Shown here: one piece after another, positions 19,114 through 27,842 of the stretch
How the letters are laid out: every line of letters begins with the position of its first letter
Position numbering within the stretch: position 1 is the stretch's first letter
Assembly (NCBI GenBank): GCA_045863235.1
Contig: BTUM01000037.1
Coordinates: 9,697-73,696, forward strand
Length of the DNA: 64,000 nucleotides
Direction of reading: 5' to 3'
Origin: Candidatus Xenobia bacterium
Lineage (GTDB): Bacteria > Vulcanimicrobiota > Xenobia > Xenobiales > QWHO01
Program-made: the position numbers and the translations under genes
Notes under the pieces: model-generated
Told to the model about the DNA's origin: nothing
Databases searched by the model: none
Seen by the model: the letters and a program-made list of their open reading frames with translations, nothing else

Positions 19114-19169
19114 AGTATGGCATCACGAACTGAAACCATGCTTAAACGGGCTGTTGACAGGCTGTTAAC
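19114..19169 (-). promoter_or_regulatory. Four 11-bp-phased boxes plus -10
   Basis: GTTAACA-N4-GTCAACA-N4-GTTTAAG-N4-GTTTCAG-N10-CATACT. Confidence 0.7.
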
Positions 19170-19214
19170 TTGGCGCCAGAAGGGTCCTCAACGAGCCCGA
19201 GGAAGAGGGGGGCC

Positions 19215-20372
19215 ATGCCGTTCTACCATCGACTCGGGCAGCTGCCCGCCAAGCGTCATACCCAGTTTCGTAAGCCCGATGGCTCGCTTTTCCGCGAAGA
19301 GCTGATGGGCCAGGAAGGCTTTTCGGGCATCCAGAGCATCCTCTATCACCACTTCATGCCTACCGAGGTGCTCAAAGTGGACTGGCTCGGACAGGCTAAA
19401 CCCAAGCTGGTGGACTTCGGGGGATTGCGGGCCCGCCAGTTCCGCACTCGCCAGTTCCCGGCCGGAGGGGACGCGCTGGAGAGCCGGCGGGCCATCCTGG
19501 GCAATGCCGACGTCATCTTGTACCTGTCGCGCCCAACCCGCTCGATGGAGCACTTCTACCGCAATGGCCAGGCCTATGAGTGCTGGTTCTGCCACGAGGG
19601 TCAGGGCGTGTTTCGCAGCCAGTTCGGCCAGTTGCCCTTCAGCGCAGGAGACTACGTGGTGCTGCCTTTCGGGGTCACCTGGCAATTGCGCCTGGAGAGC
19701 AGCGAGGCTCGCTTCCTGGTGATGGAGGCGCCTTCCCAATTTGCCCCTCCCAGGCGCTACCTCAATCACTACGGCCAGTTGCTCGAGCACGCTCCCTACT
19801 GCGAACGCGACATCAAGGTCCCCATCGAGCTCGAGACCTACACCGATGAAGGCGAGTTCGAGGTCCACGTGAAGGCCCGCGACGAGCTGCACCGTCACAT
19901 CATGCGCCACCATCCCTTTGGCGTGGTCGGCTGGGACGGCTTCCTCTACCCCTGGTCGTTCAATATCGCCAACTTCGAGCCCATCACCGGGCGTGTGCAC
20001 CAGCCCCCGCCCGTGCACCAGACCTTCGAGGCTCACAACTTCGTGGTGTGCAGCTTCGTGCCGCGCCTGTTCGACTACCATCCCGAGGCCATTCCAGCGC
20101 CCTACGTTCACAGCAACGTCAATTCCGACGAGGTTCTCTATTATGTGGACGGAGATTTCATGAGCCGGCGCGGGGTCGATAAGTACGACTTTACCCTCCA
20201 TCCCGGCGGGCTTCCCCACGGGCCCCAGCCCGGGGCCACCGAGGCTTCCATCGGCCAGGCGAAAACCGAGGAGCTGGCCGTGATGGTGGATACCTTCCGT
20301 CCCCTGCAGGTGGCCGAGGAGGGACTGGCCTTCGAGCTGCCCGAGTATGCCTATAGCTGGGTCGAAAAGTAG
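19215..20372 (+). CDS. hmgA: Homogentisate 1,2-dioxygenase
   Basis: KRHTQFR, HPFGVVGWDG, GRVHQPPPVH, HSNVNSDE, LHPGGLPHGP, ELAVMVDTF. Confidence 0.93.
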   Translation: MPFYHRLGQLPAKRHTQFRKPDGSLFREELMGQEGFSGIQSILYHHFMPTEVLKVDWLGQAKPKLVDFGGLRARQFRTRQFPAGGDALESRRAILGNADVILYLSRPTRSMEHFYRNGQAYECWFCHEGQGVFRSQFGQLPFSAGDYVVLPFGVTWQLRLESSEARFLVMEAPSQFAPPRRYLNHYGQLLEHAPYCERDIKVPIELETYTDEGEFEVHVKARDELHRHIMRHHPFGVVGWDGFLYPWSFNIANFEPITGRVHQPPPVHQTFEAHNFVVCSFVPRLFDYHPEAIPAPYVHSNVNSDEVLYYVDGDFMSRRGVDKYDFTLHPGGLPHGPQPGATEASIGQAKTEELAVMVDTFRPLQVAEEGLAFELPEYAYSWVEK

Positions 20373-20375
20373 TTC

Positions 20376-20609
20376 TCAGCGGAACAGATCGATGTACCAG
20401 TCGAGCAGCTGCGCCACCTGCCTCACATTCATGTAAAGCCATTCCAGGGGCGCATAGAAGAATTCCATGAACTTCTCCAGGCCCGGGGGGTGGCCGGACT
20501 GCTTGAGCAGACCGACTGCCGGCCCGACGCTCAGAACGTAGAGGACCGGCAAGACCCAAGCCAGCCAGAGAAAACGTGACCCGCGTGACTCGGTCGCCTG
20601 ATCGTCCAG
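20376..20609 (-). CDS. Small membrane protein (77 aa), absent from the ORF track
   Basis: Manual translation LDDQ...VLYVLSVGPA...FYAPLEWL...LLDWYIDLFR; CTG start; fills the gap between genes. Confidence 0.7.
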   Translation of the reverse strand: MDDQATESRGSRFLWLAWVLPVLYVLSVGPAVGLLKQSGHPPGLEKFMEFFYAPLEWLYMNVRQVAQLLDWYIDLFR

Positions 20610-20612
20610 GGC

Positions 20613-23600
20613 TTAGGTGCGCTCCATCACGCGCAGGAAAGCGTCGATCAACACCGGGTCGAACTGGGTCCCCGAGCCGTCGCGCAGCGTCTGCAGTGCA
20701 TTCTCGACACTGAACGGCTCCCCATCGGGGCCTCCGGCCAGGAGATCCTCGAAGTGGTCGGCCACGGCGATGATGCGCGAGGCCAGCGGGATGTCGCGCC
20801 CGGCCAGCCCATCGGGATAGCCGTCGCCGTCCCAGCGCTCATGGTGGCTGCGGATGATCGGTCCCAGGTGTTTCAGCGAGCCGATCTGGTTCATGATCTC
20901 CTCGCCGTAGATGGGGTGCTTCTTGAGCTCCTCCAACTCGGCGCTGGTCAGCTCGTCGGGCGGCTTGGCCAGGATCTCCTCGGGCACCTGAATCTTGCCC
21001 ACGTCGCGCAGGATGGTGGAAGCGTGCAGAGCGCGCAGGTTGAGCGGACCCTGCTCTTTGAGGAAGTCGGCCATCTCCTCGATCTTCTCGTCGGAGGCAC
21101 CTCCCAGAGCGATGCCCACCTGACCGATGTCGATCAGCATGGCGCCGTCTCGGATCTGCTTGCGGGTGCGGAAGTCGTTGATGCCCAGCTCGTCGGCCAT
21201 GGCCATGGCGTGCTGCATCACCTTCTCGGAGCGCTCGGTGGATTGCCCGCCCATCTTGAGCATCACGCCCAGGCTGTGCAGAGCAGCATCTTCGTCCAGG
21301 TCCTGGAGGTCGCCGAGCTCTTTCTCTTTGTTGGCCTTCTTCAGCAGGCTGGTGACGGCCGAGGCGGCGTGGCGGTTGGCGACCGACTCGAGCTGCACGG
21401 AATCCATCTCCGACGCTCCCAAGGTGGCTGCGCGATGGGTTTCCTGAGCCTCGGCCTCCTCGGCGCCCTCGGGCTGCATGGCCGCCATGATGGCTGCCAG
21501 TGCCGTATTGGTCGAATTCTGGGTCTGAGCCGGACCCCGACCCAGACCGTGGGCCGAGTGACGGTCGGCGCCGCGGTCATCGCCGCCCTGCCCCTGATCG
21601 CCCGAGCCAAAGCCAGACTCTTGTTGCTGGGACTGCTGGTTCGCCTGGGCGCCCTGAGCCGAAGCTTGCCGGACGGTGCCGGCCAGAGTCGGCGCGAGAC
21701 GATTGGCGGCCCCGGTGGTGGGCTCGGAGTGTTTGTCAAAGCGAGCGTCCTCGGATCCGAATGCCTGGCGCTCGTTTCGCTCGGCGGCCCGCCACTGGGT
21801 CAGGGTCTCCTGACGCAGATCCTGGGTGGGCTCGCGTCGACGCTCGATGGGCGAGATGGGCAGGATCCCGTCCTGCTGCGAGTCCAAAGCCATATCCTCG
21901 GAGGAGGCTGCAGCCGCCTCGCGCACATCGGAAGAGGTGCTGCTGGCTTGAGTGGTCACGCGCTGCGGGGTGGGTCGCAACCCCAGTTGGATGGCCGAGG
22001 TGCCGGCCTCGGCGGGCGCCTGGGTTCGCTCGCTGGCCAGCTCGCGCTCCACCGCTGCGGCCGCCGGCTGAGAGGCAGCTTGGATCGCCTGCGGGGCCAG
22101 CGGGCCGGCCAGGTTGGGACGCACGGGCGCAGGGGGCAGAGTGGGCGTGGCGGGAGCCTCGGCCAACGGCTCTCGGGCTGTCGGGGCCGTGGAAGCCCGC
22201 GCGGTCTCCGGCTCGGGAGCCGAAGGCGCCGGAGGGGCAGTGGGAAGCGTGGTCGAGCGCCGCTGGGCGGCGGCCACCGCCGGCGGACCCTCGGGCGGCC
22301 CCACCGGCGCGGTCATGGCCGGGCGCACCTCGGCGGCCGCCGGGCGATAGGCCTCGCTGGCCGGTCCAGCCGGGGCGCCCAACGGGAGCGAAGTGCCGGG
22401 CGCCGTTCGGGGCCGCTCGCCGGCGAAGGCAGCACTGGTTCCAGATGGACTCACGGAACGACCGGGCCCTTCGGAACGAGGAGAGCCCTCGCTGCCCCGA
22501 GGGGCGCCCGGGGCCGCGCTCTCGCCCGTGCGGGCGGTCTCGACCGCTGAGACCCGCTGGGGGTCGGTGCGACTGGTCTCGCTGGTGGCCTGCACGGCCA
22601 CCGAGGTGCTCCGGCCGGCGTCCTCGCCGCGCCGGGCAGGCTCGGCCGCGCTGCCCTCGTTACGGGGAGCTGTGTTGGCGCGGGCCGGCTCACCGGTTAC
22701 GCTGGCCCGTCTTTCGGTTTCTTGACCGCTCGGAGGAGGGGCGGCAGCGCGGGCAGGCTCTTCGGCGGTCGCTCCGCGACGGCCTTCGGTCGGTCTGGAG
22801 GGCTCACCGGACTGCTCGGACCGGTTCTCGGCACGTGCTTCCGCGCGTGCTTCGCTGCGCGGCGCATCGACCCGGGACGGTTCGGAGGCGTGCGATTCCC
22901 CACGAGTCTCGGAGCGAGCCTCGCGGTTCTCGCCTCGCACCTCGACTCGGGCTTCACCTCTGGCTTCGGAGCGTGCCTCAGCTCGTGCCTCGGCCCGGGC
23001 TGGCTCGACCTCACGGGCGTCGCTGCGCTGTGCGTCCGCCGCGCGGCTGGCCTCTTCCACTCGGCGAGGTTCACCACTGTTCTCTCGACGAGTCTCGGCG
23101 GCAGGCGCCGGGGGCTCATTGCGCGGGGCCTCCGCCTGGCGGACCTGCTCGCTGCGCTGAGGCTGTCCCTCGCTTCGTGGCCCTTCGGACGCTCGGACCG
23201 GCTCTGCCTCGGAGCGGGCGGGCTCGTTGCGCGGAGCCTCGGCCTGCCGGGCGACCTCGTTACGCTGCCCCTCGGAGCGGGCCGGCTCGTTGCGCTGGCC
23301 CTCGGTCGGACGGGCCGGCTCACCCTCGGCGCGGGCTGGCTCGTTGCGTGGAGCCTCGGCCGGGCGGGCGGGCTCATTGCGTTGGCCTTCGGCGGGACGG
23401 GCCGGCTCGGTGGCACGGGTCTGCTCCCCACGTGGTGCCTCAGCTTCAGACCGGGCCGCCCGGGTCTCGGGCTGGTTGTTGCTGGCTGGCGCCTCAGTTG
23501 GGCGCGGTCGCTCATCACCACGGTTAGCGGGCGGCTGGGCCGGGGCCGGACGCTCCTCGCCCGTGCGTCCGGTCGTTTCCACCGTGGTCGTCATGCGCTC

Positions 23601-25916
23601 CCCGGTGGGGCTCTGGACGGTCGTGGTGGTGCGCTCGGTTCCGCCTCCCTCGGAGGTCTCCGACACGATGCGCTCGCCGGTCGGCAATTCAGTGGTCTCG
23701 CGCCGGGTCACATTCCGGTTCTCCCCCGAGCGCGGCTCGGGCGTGCCGGGTCGATTCTCGTTCTGATTTTGATTCGGGTTGCGATTGGGCGGCGCGGGCG
23801 CGGCCGCGCGCGGCTCGGTTTCGCCGGGCTTGCCTTCTACGGTCGTGGTGATGCGCTCGCCGGTGGCCGTGGTCACGGTCGTGGTGGTGCGCTCGTTGCC
23901 TCCCTCGACTCGGGCCGTCTCGCTGGTGATGGTCTCGCCGGTAGGCAGCTCGGTGGTCTCGCGGCGGGTGACGTTTTCGGCCCGGGGCGCTTCGGTGCGA
24001 GCAGGCTCGGGCGCGGGAGGCCGATTCTGGTTGTTTTGATTGGGGTTGGGCAAGGTGGCCCGAGGCTCGGTCTCGCCGGGCTTTCCTTCCACGGTGGTGG
24101 TGATGCGCTCGCCAGTGGCCGTGGTGATGGTGGTGGTGGTGCGCTCGTTGCCCCCTTCGACCCGGGCCGTCTCGCTGGTGATGGTTTCGCCGGTAGGCAG
24201 CTCGGTGGTCTCGCGGCGGGTGACGTTCTCGGCCCGGGGCGCTTCGGTGCGGGCAGGCTCGGGCGCGGGAGGCCGATTCTGGTTGTTTTGATTGGGGTTG
24301 GGCAAGGTGGCCCGAGGCTCGGTCTCGCCGGGCTTTCCTTCCACGGTGGTGGTGATGCGCTCGCCGGTGGCCGTGGTGATGGTGGTGGTGGTGCGCTCGT
24401 TGCCCCCCTCGCCCCGGGAGGTCTCGCTGGTGATGGTCTCGCCCGTGGGCAGCTCGGTCGTCTCACGGCGGGTGACGTTGCGGTTCTCCTCGACCCGCGC
24501 AGCCGGCTGCGGCTCGGGGGTCCGGGCAGTCTGCTGCTGTTGCGGCAGTGGAGCCGGGCGGGCCTCTTCCGAAGGCTTGCCGACGGTCTGGGTGGTGGTG
24601 ACGATCTTCTCGCCGGTCGGCAGGGTGATCGTCTCGGTGCGCGTGTTGCCTTTGGCTTCTTCCGCTTTGGGGGGCGGCGCAGGAGCTTCGACCTTCTCGA
24701 CCCGGGTGGTGGTCGTCGTCGTGCGCGTCTCGCCGGTGGGCGACTCGACCGTGGTGGTGGTCCTGGTCTCCTCGGGCTTTTTCTCGTCGGCCCGGGGAGC
24801 GAGCAAGGCTGGCCTCGGACTCTCGGGCGGCTTGCTCTCGGTTGTGGTGGTGACCTTCTCACCGGTGGCCAGAGTGACCGACTCGGTGCGGTTGGCCGGC
24901 TTCTTCTCGCCTTCTGCTTTAGGCTGCTCGGGTTTCTGCTCGTCCTTGCGCTCGACCCGGGTCTCGGTCCTGGTGCTCGTTTCCCCGTTGGCGTCCGTAA
25001 CCGTCTCGGTGGTCTCGGTCACGACACGCTCTTCCTCCGGCGCGGCCGCCTCGCGACGGTTCTCAGCCGTCTTGGCACGAGCGGTCTTCTCCTCGCTGGA
25101 GCTGCTGGTGGCCGAGGCCGCCTTCTCCGTCTGCGGCTTCGTCGGGGCCACCCCGGGTCGGACCGTTTCCGTGGAGCTGGCCTCCGACCGGATCACCCTG
25201 CCCTTCTTGTCCTTCTCGGCCGTGGTGACTTCCACGCTGGGCAATTGGCCCGGTTTCTCAACGATGGCCACGGTGACCTCGGAAGTCTTGCCATCGGGAC
25301 CCTTGACCTCGACCTTGGTGGCCGTCTGGGTGGTGGTGGTGCCATCGGCTTCCACGACCTGCGTCTTGCTCTGGGTCGTGGCCGCCCCTCCGGGCGCGTC
25401 GGTGGAGCCGGTCTTCACTTCCTCCTTGACCATCTGGCGTCCATCGTCGGTGGTGACTTCCGTGCGCGAGCTGGAGGAACCGTCACTGTTCTTGGTGGTT
25501 TCCGAGCGGGCGCTCTGGACCGTGGTCTGGCCGGTCATCAGAGACTTCGTGCTCTCGATCCTGACCGAAGCCGGTGGCAGCTTGTCCTTGTCCTTCTCCT
25601 TGGGCGCCTTCGTGGGATCGATCCCGAACATGCGAAGGACCGTATCCTCTTTCTTCTTGGCCTCTTTCTGCTCTTTCTTGGACAGCGGCTTTTCGGTTTT
25701 GCTGCCCGGGAAGGCTCCCTCGAGCGAGGTGATGGAGGTCTTGATGACGTCCTGCAGCTCGTTGAGCGACTTCTCGACGCTACCCCCCTTGCTCGACGTC
25801 GACGAGGTCGTCGTCGAGGTCACGGTGGTGGTCGTGTTCTTGATGTCCTTCGAAGGCTGCGCCAAAGGGGAATCCTCCCAAAACGTCGTTCCGATAGCGT
25901 ACCACTCGATTGCCAA
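20613..25916 (-). CDS. Giant repeat/low-complexity protein with degenerate C-terminal HD-GYP domain (1767 aa)
   Basis: KHPIYG, HHERWDGDGYPDGL, RIIAVAD; HD dyad replaced; start uncertain. Confidence 0.85.
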   Translation of the reverse strand: MAIEWYAIGTTFWEDSPLAQPSKDIKNTTTTVTSTTTSSTSSKGGSVEKSLNELQDVIKTSITSLEGAFPGSKTEKPLSKKEQKEAKKKEDTVLRMFGIDPTKAPKEKDKDKLPPASVRIESTKSLMTGQTTVQSARSETTKNSDGSSSSRTEVTTDDGRQMVKEEVKTGSTDAPGGAATTQSKTQVVEADGTTTTQTATKVEVKGPDGKTSEVTVAIVEKPGQLPSVEVTTAEKDKKGRVIRSEASSTETVRPGVAPTKPQTEKAASATSSSSEEKTARAKTAENRREAAAPEEERVVTETTETVTDANGETSTRTETRVERKDEQKPEQPKAEGEKKPANRTESVTLATGEKVTTTTESKPPESPRPALLAPRADEKKPEETRTTTTVESPTGETRTTTTTTRVEKVEAPAPPPKAEEAKGNTRTETITLPTGEKIVTTTQTVGKPSEEARPAPLPQQQQTARTPEPQPAARVEENRNVTRRETTELPTGETITSETSRGEGGNERTTTTITTATGERITTTVEGKPGETEPRATLPNPNQNNQNRPPAPEPARTEAPRAENVTRRETTELPTGETITSETARVEGGNERTTTTITTATGERITTTVEGKPGETEPRATLPNPNQNNQNRPPAPEPARTEAPRAENVTRRETTELPTGETITSETARVEGGNERTTTTVTTATGERITTTVEGKPGETEPRAAAPAPPNRNPNQNQNENRPGTPEPRSGENRNVTRRETTELPTGERIVSETSEGGGTERTTTTVQSPTGERMTTTVETTGRTGEERPAPAQPPANRGDERPRPTEAPASNNQPETRAARSEAEAPRGEQTRATEPARPAEGQRNEPARPAEAPRNEPARAEGEPARPTEGQRNEPARSEGQRNEVARQAEAPRNEPARSEAEPVRASEGPRSEGQPQRSEQVRQAEAPRNEPPAPAAETRRENSGEPRRVEEASRAADAQRSDAREVEPARAEARAEARSEARGEARVEVRGENREARSETRGESHASEPSRVDAPRSEARAEARAENRSEQSGEPSRPTEGRRGATAEEPARAAAPPPSGQETERRASVTGEPARANTAPRNEGSAAEPARRGEDAGRSTSVAVQATSETSRTDPQRVSAVETARTGESAAPGAPRGSEGSPRSEGPGRSVSPSGTSAAFAGERPRTAPGTSLPLGAPAGPASEAYRPAAAEVRPAMTAPVGPPEGPPAVAAAQRRSTTLPTAPPAPSAPEPETARASTAPTAREPLAEAPATPTLPPAPVRPNLAGPLAPQAIQAASQPAAAAVERELASERTQAPAEAGTSAIQLGLRPTPQRVTTQASSTSSDVREAAAASSEDMALDSQQDGILPISPIERRREPTQDLRQETLTQWRAAERNERQAFGSEDARFDKHSEPTTGAANRLAPTLAGTVRQASAQGAQANQQSQQQESGFGSGDQGQGGDDRGADRHSAHGLGRGPAQTQNSTNTALAAIMAAMQPEGAEEAEAQETHRAATLGASEMDSVQLESVANRHAASAVTSLLKKANKEKELGDLQDLDEDAALHSLGVMLKMGGQSTERSEKVMQHAMAMADELGINDFRTRKQIRDGAMLIDIGQVGIALGGASDEKIEEMADFLKEQGPLNLRALHASTILRDVGKIQVPEEILAKPPDELTSAELEELKKHPIYGEEIMNQIGSLKHLGPIIRSHHERWDGDGYPDGLAGRDIPLASRIIAVADHFEDLLAGGPDGEPFSVENALQTLRDGSGTQFDPVLIDAFLRVMERT
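23540..24480 (-). repeat. Intragenic tandem repeat, 252-bp (84-aa) unit, about 4 copies
   Basis: NVTRRETTELPTGE anchors at about 24472, 24220, 23968 and 23707. Confidence 0.9.
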
Positions 25917-25933
25917 GCGAGCGTGAAGAGGGT

Positions 25934-25971
25934 GGTAAACTTTGTTAAAAGTTTGCTGCCAGGTTGTTAAA
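25934..25971 (-). promoter_or_regulatory. TAACA-type 11-bp-phased boxes
   Basis: TTTAACA-N4-GGCAGCA-N4-TTTAACA upstream of the HD-GYP gene. Confidence 0.5.
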
Positions 25972-26000
25972 TTCTCTGGACGGGGCGTAGAAGCCTTTCG

Positions 26001-27743
26001 CTACATGCGTTCGAGAGCGGGGATGTTTAAAAGGGAAAGACCGATCTCGAAAGCCCGGGCCACGCCGGCGCTGAGGGTCAGGCGCCGACGGCGCACCGAG
26101 TCAGGGATTTCGGCCTTCAGGATGGGGCAACGATCCCAGAAGACGTTGTAGCAGCGGCCCAGACCGAACAGGTACTCGCACAGCACATGGGGCGTGAGGT
26201 GCTCGGCCACCCGGTCGAGCACGTCTCCGAGACGCAAAAGCTCGACCGCCAGGGCCTTCTCCTCGGGCTCCTCCAGCTTCAGGTCGCCGGCTTCCGGCAC
26301 GAACTCGGTGCCAAAGCGCACCAGGTGCTCGCGCAAGAGCGAGCGGGTGCGCACCAGGGAATATTGAAGGTAGGGCCCGGTGTTCCCCTCGAAGGCCAGA
26401 AGCTTCTCCCAGTCAAAACGATAGTCGGTGGTGCGGTGCTGGCAAAGGTCGGCGTACTTGACCGCTCCGATGCCCACCTGCTCAGCCAGCCGGTGCAGCT
26501 CATCGTGGTTGGCCTCGGGATAGCGCTCGGCCACCTTGGGATAGACCCGCTCGGCGGCCTCGTCGAGCAGCGCCGCCAGGGTCACCGTCCCACCCTCACG
26601 GGTCTTGAAGGGCCGACCATCCTGCCCCAGCATCATGCCGAAACCCACGTGCTCGAGCCGGGGCCGGCCGTTCTGGAGCATGCCCAGCAGGCTGGCGGCC
26701 TCGAAGAGTTGCACGAAGTGGAGTGACTGGCGCACGTCCACCACATAGATGATGCGGTCCGGATCGTACTGCTCGAGCCGTTCCTCCAGGGTGGCCAGGT
26801 CGGTGGTGGCGTAGAGGAAAGCCCCGTCCTTCTTGCGCACCAGGAAGGGCTTGTCTCCCAGCTCGGGATGGTCTCCGTAGAAGATGGCAATGGCGCCCTG
26901 GTCTTCCCGGGCCAGCCCTTGAGCCACCATCCGGTCCACCAGCGCGGGAAGCACATGGTTGTAGTGGCTCTCCCCCTTCCAGGAGTCAAAGCTCACGTTC
27001 AGCCGGTCATAAAGCGACTCGGCATCGCGCCGCGACAGCCCCACGAAGCGCTCCCAGAGGGCCTTGTTCTCGGGATCGCCGGCCTGGAGGCGCGACAGCT
27101 CCTGGCGTGCCTCCTCGGCCACCTCGGCGCTCTCCCGGGCGCGTTCGCTTCCGTGCTTGTAGAGTCGCTCCAACTCGCCCAGCGGGTCTTGCTCGAGCAG
27201 GATGGCGTCGTGACCTTGCTTGAAGGACCAGATCAGCGTGCCGAACTGGGTGCCCCAGTCGCCCACGTGGTTGTCTCCCACCACCCGGTGGCCCAGAAAG
27301 CGCAGCGTGCGCACCAGGCTGTCGCCCAGAATGGTGGAGCGCAGGTGGCCCACGTGCATCCGCTTGGCCACGTTCGGGCTGGAGAAGTCCACCACGATGC
27401 TCTGAGCGGGTTGCTGCTCCTCTACCCCCAGCCGCTCGTCCACCGCGATCCGACCCACCTGCCGCCCCACCCAGGCCGGATCGAGGCGCAGGTTGATGAA
27501 ACCAGGCCCGGCGATCTCGGGGGGCAGGCAGGCTCCTTCGAAGTCCAGCGTCGCCACCAGCTTCTCGGCCAGCTGGCGAGGATTGCCTTTGAGCTGCTTG
27601 GCCAGCGGCAACACGCCGTTGATCTGATAGTCGCCGAACTTGGGGTCGGTGGCCACCCGCAGATCGGGCTCAGGGTTCTCCAGGCCGAAGGCTTCTTGCA
27701 TGGCTTTGCGGGCTACTCGGGTCAGGTGCTGGTTCAGTCGCAT
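26001..27743 (-). CDS. argS: Arginine--tRNA ligase
   Basis: GDYQ, AGPGFIN, DFSSPNVAK.MHVGH, GDWGTQFG, FEGNTGPYLQY, terminal ERM. Confidence 0.96.
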   Translation of the reverse strand: MRLNQHLTRVARKAMQEAFGLENPEPDLRVATDPKFGDYQINGVLPLAKQLKGNPRQLAEKLVATLDFEGACLPPEIAGPGFINLRLDPAWVGRQVGRIAVDERLGVEEQQPAQSIVVDFSSPNVAKRMHVGHLRSTILGDSLVRTLRFLGHRVVGDNHVGDWGTQFGTLIWSFKQGHDAILLEQDPLGELERLYKHGSERARESAEVAEEARQELSRLQAGDPENKALWERFVGLSRRDAESLYDRLNVSFDSWKGESHYNHVLPALVDRMVAQGLAREDQGAIAIFYGDHPELGDKPFLVRKKDGAFLYATTDLATLEERLEQYDPDRIIYVVDVRQSLHFVQLFEAASLLGMLQNGRPRLEHVGFGMMLGQDGRPFKTREGGTVTLAALLDEAAERVYPKVAERYPEANHDELHRLAEQVGIGAVKYADLCQHRTTDYRFDWEKLLAFEGNTGPYLQYSLVRTRSLLREHLVRFGTEFVPEAGDLKLEEPEEKALAVELLRLGDVLDRVAEHLTPHVLCEYLFGLGRCYNVFWDRCPILKAEIPDSVRRRRLTLSAGVARAFEIGLSLLNIPALERM

Positions 27744-27842
27744 AGGTGCGATCAGGTTTTCCGAGTCCCTGGCTGACACCTGCCTTCAGGGCCGGGTTGC
27801 TCGCCGGGGACGACGGTGGAGAATCTCCGCGGCGTTGCGCGC

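Noticed and set aside
13603..19305. Long antisense ORFs 13603-15948 and 17167-19305
   Set aside because: Leu/Gly-rich shadows of the Gln/Ala-rich rod genes in high-GC DNA; the promoters, RBS and terminator support the opposite strands
23540..24480. Tandem repeats as a CRISPR or mobile element
   Set aside because: 252-bp in-frame coding units with no unique spacers and no cas or transposase genes
20754..25970. Plus-strand ORFs up to 1082 aa over the HD-GYP gene
   Set aside because: Antisense shadows of repetitive coding sequence with no motifs
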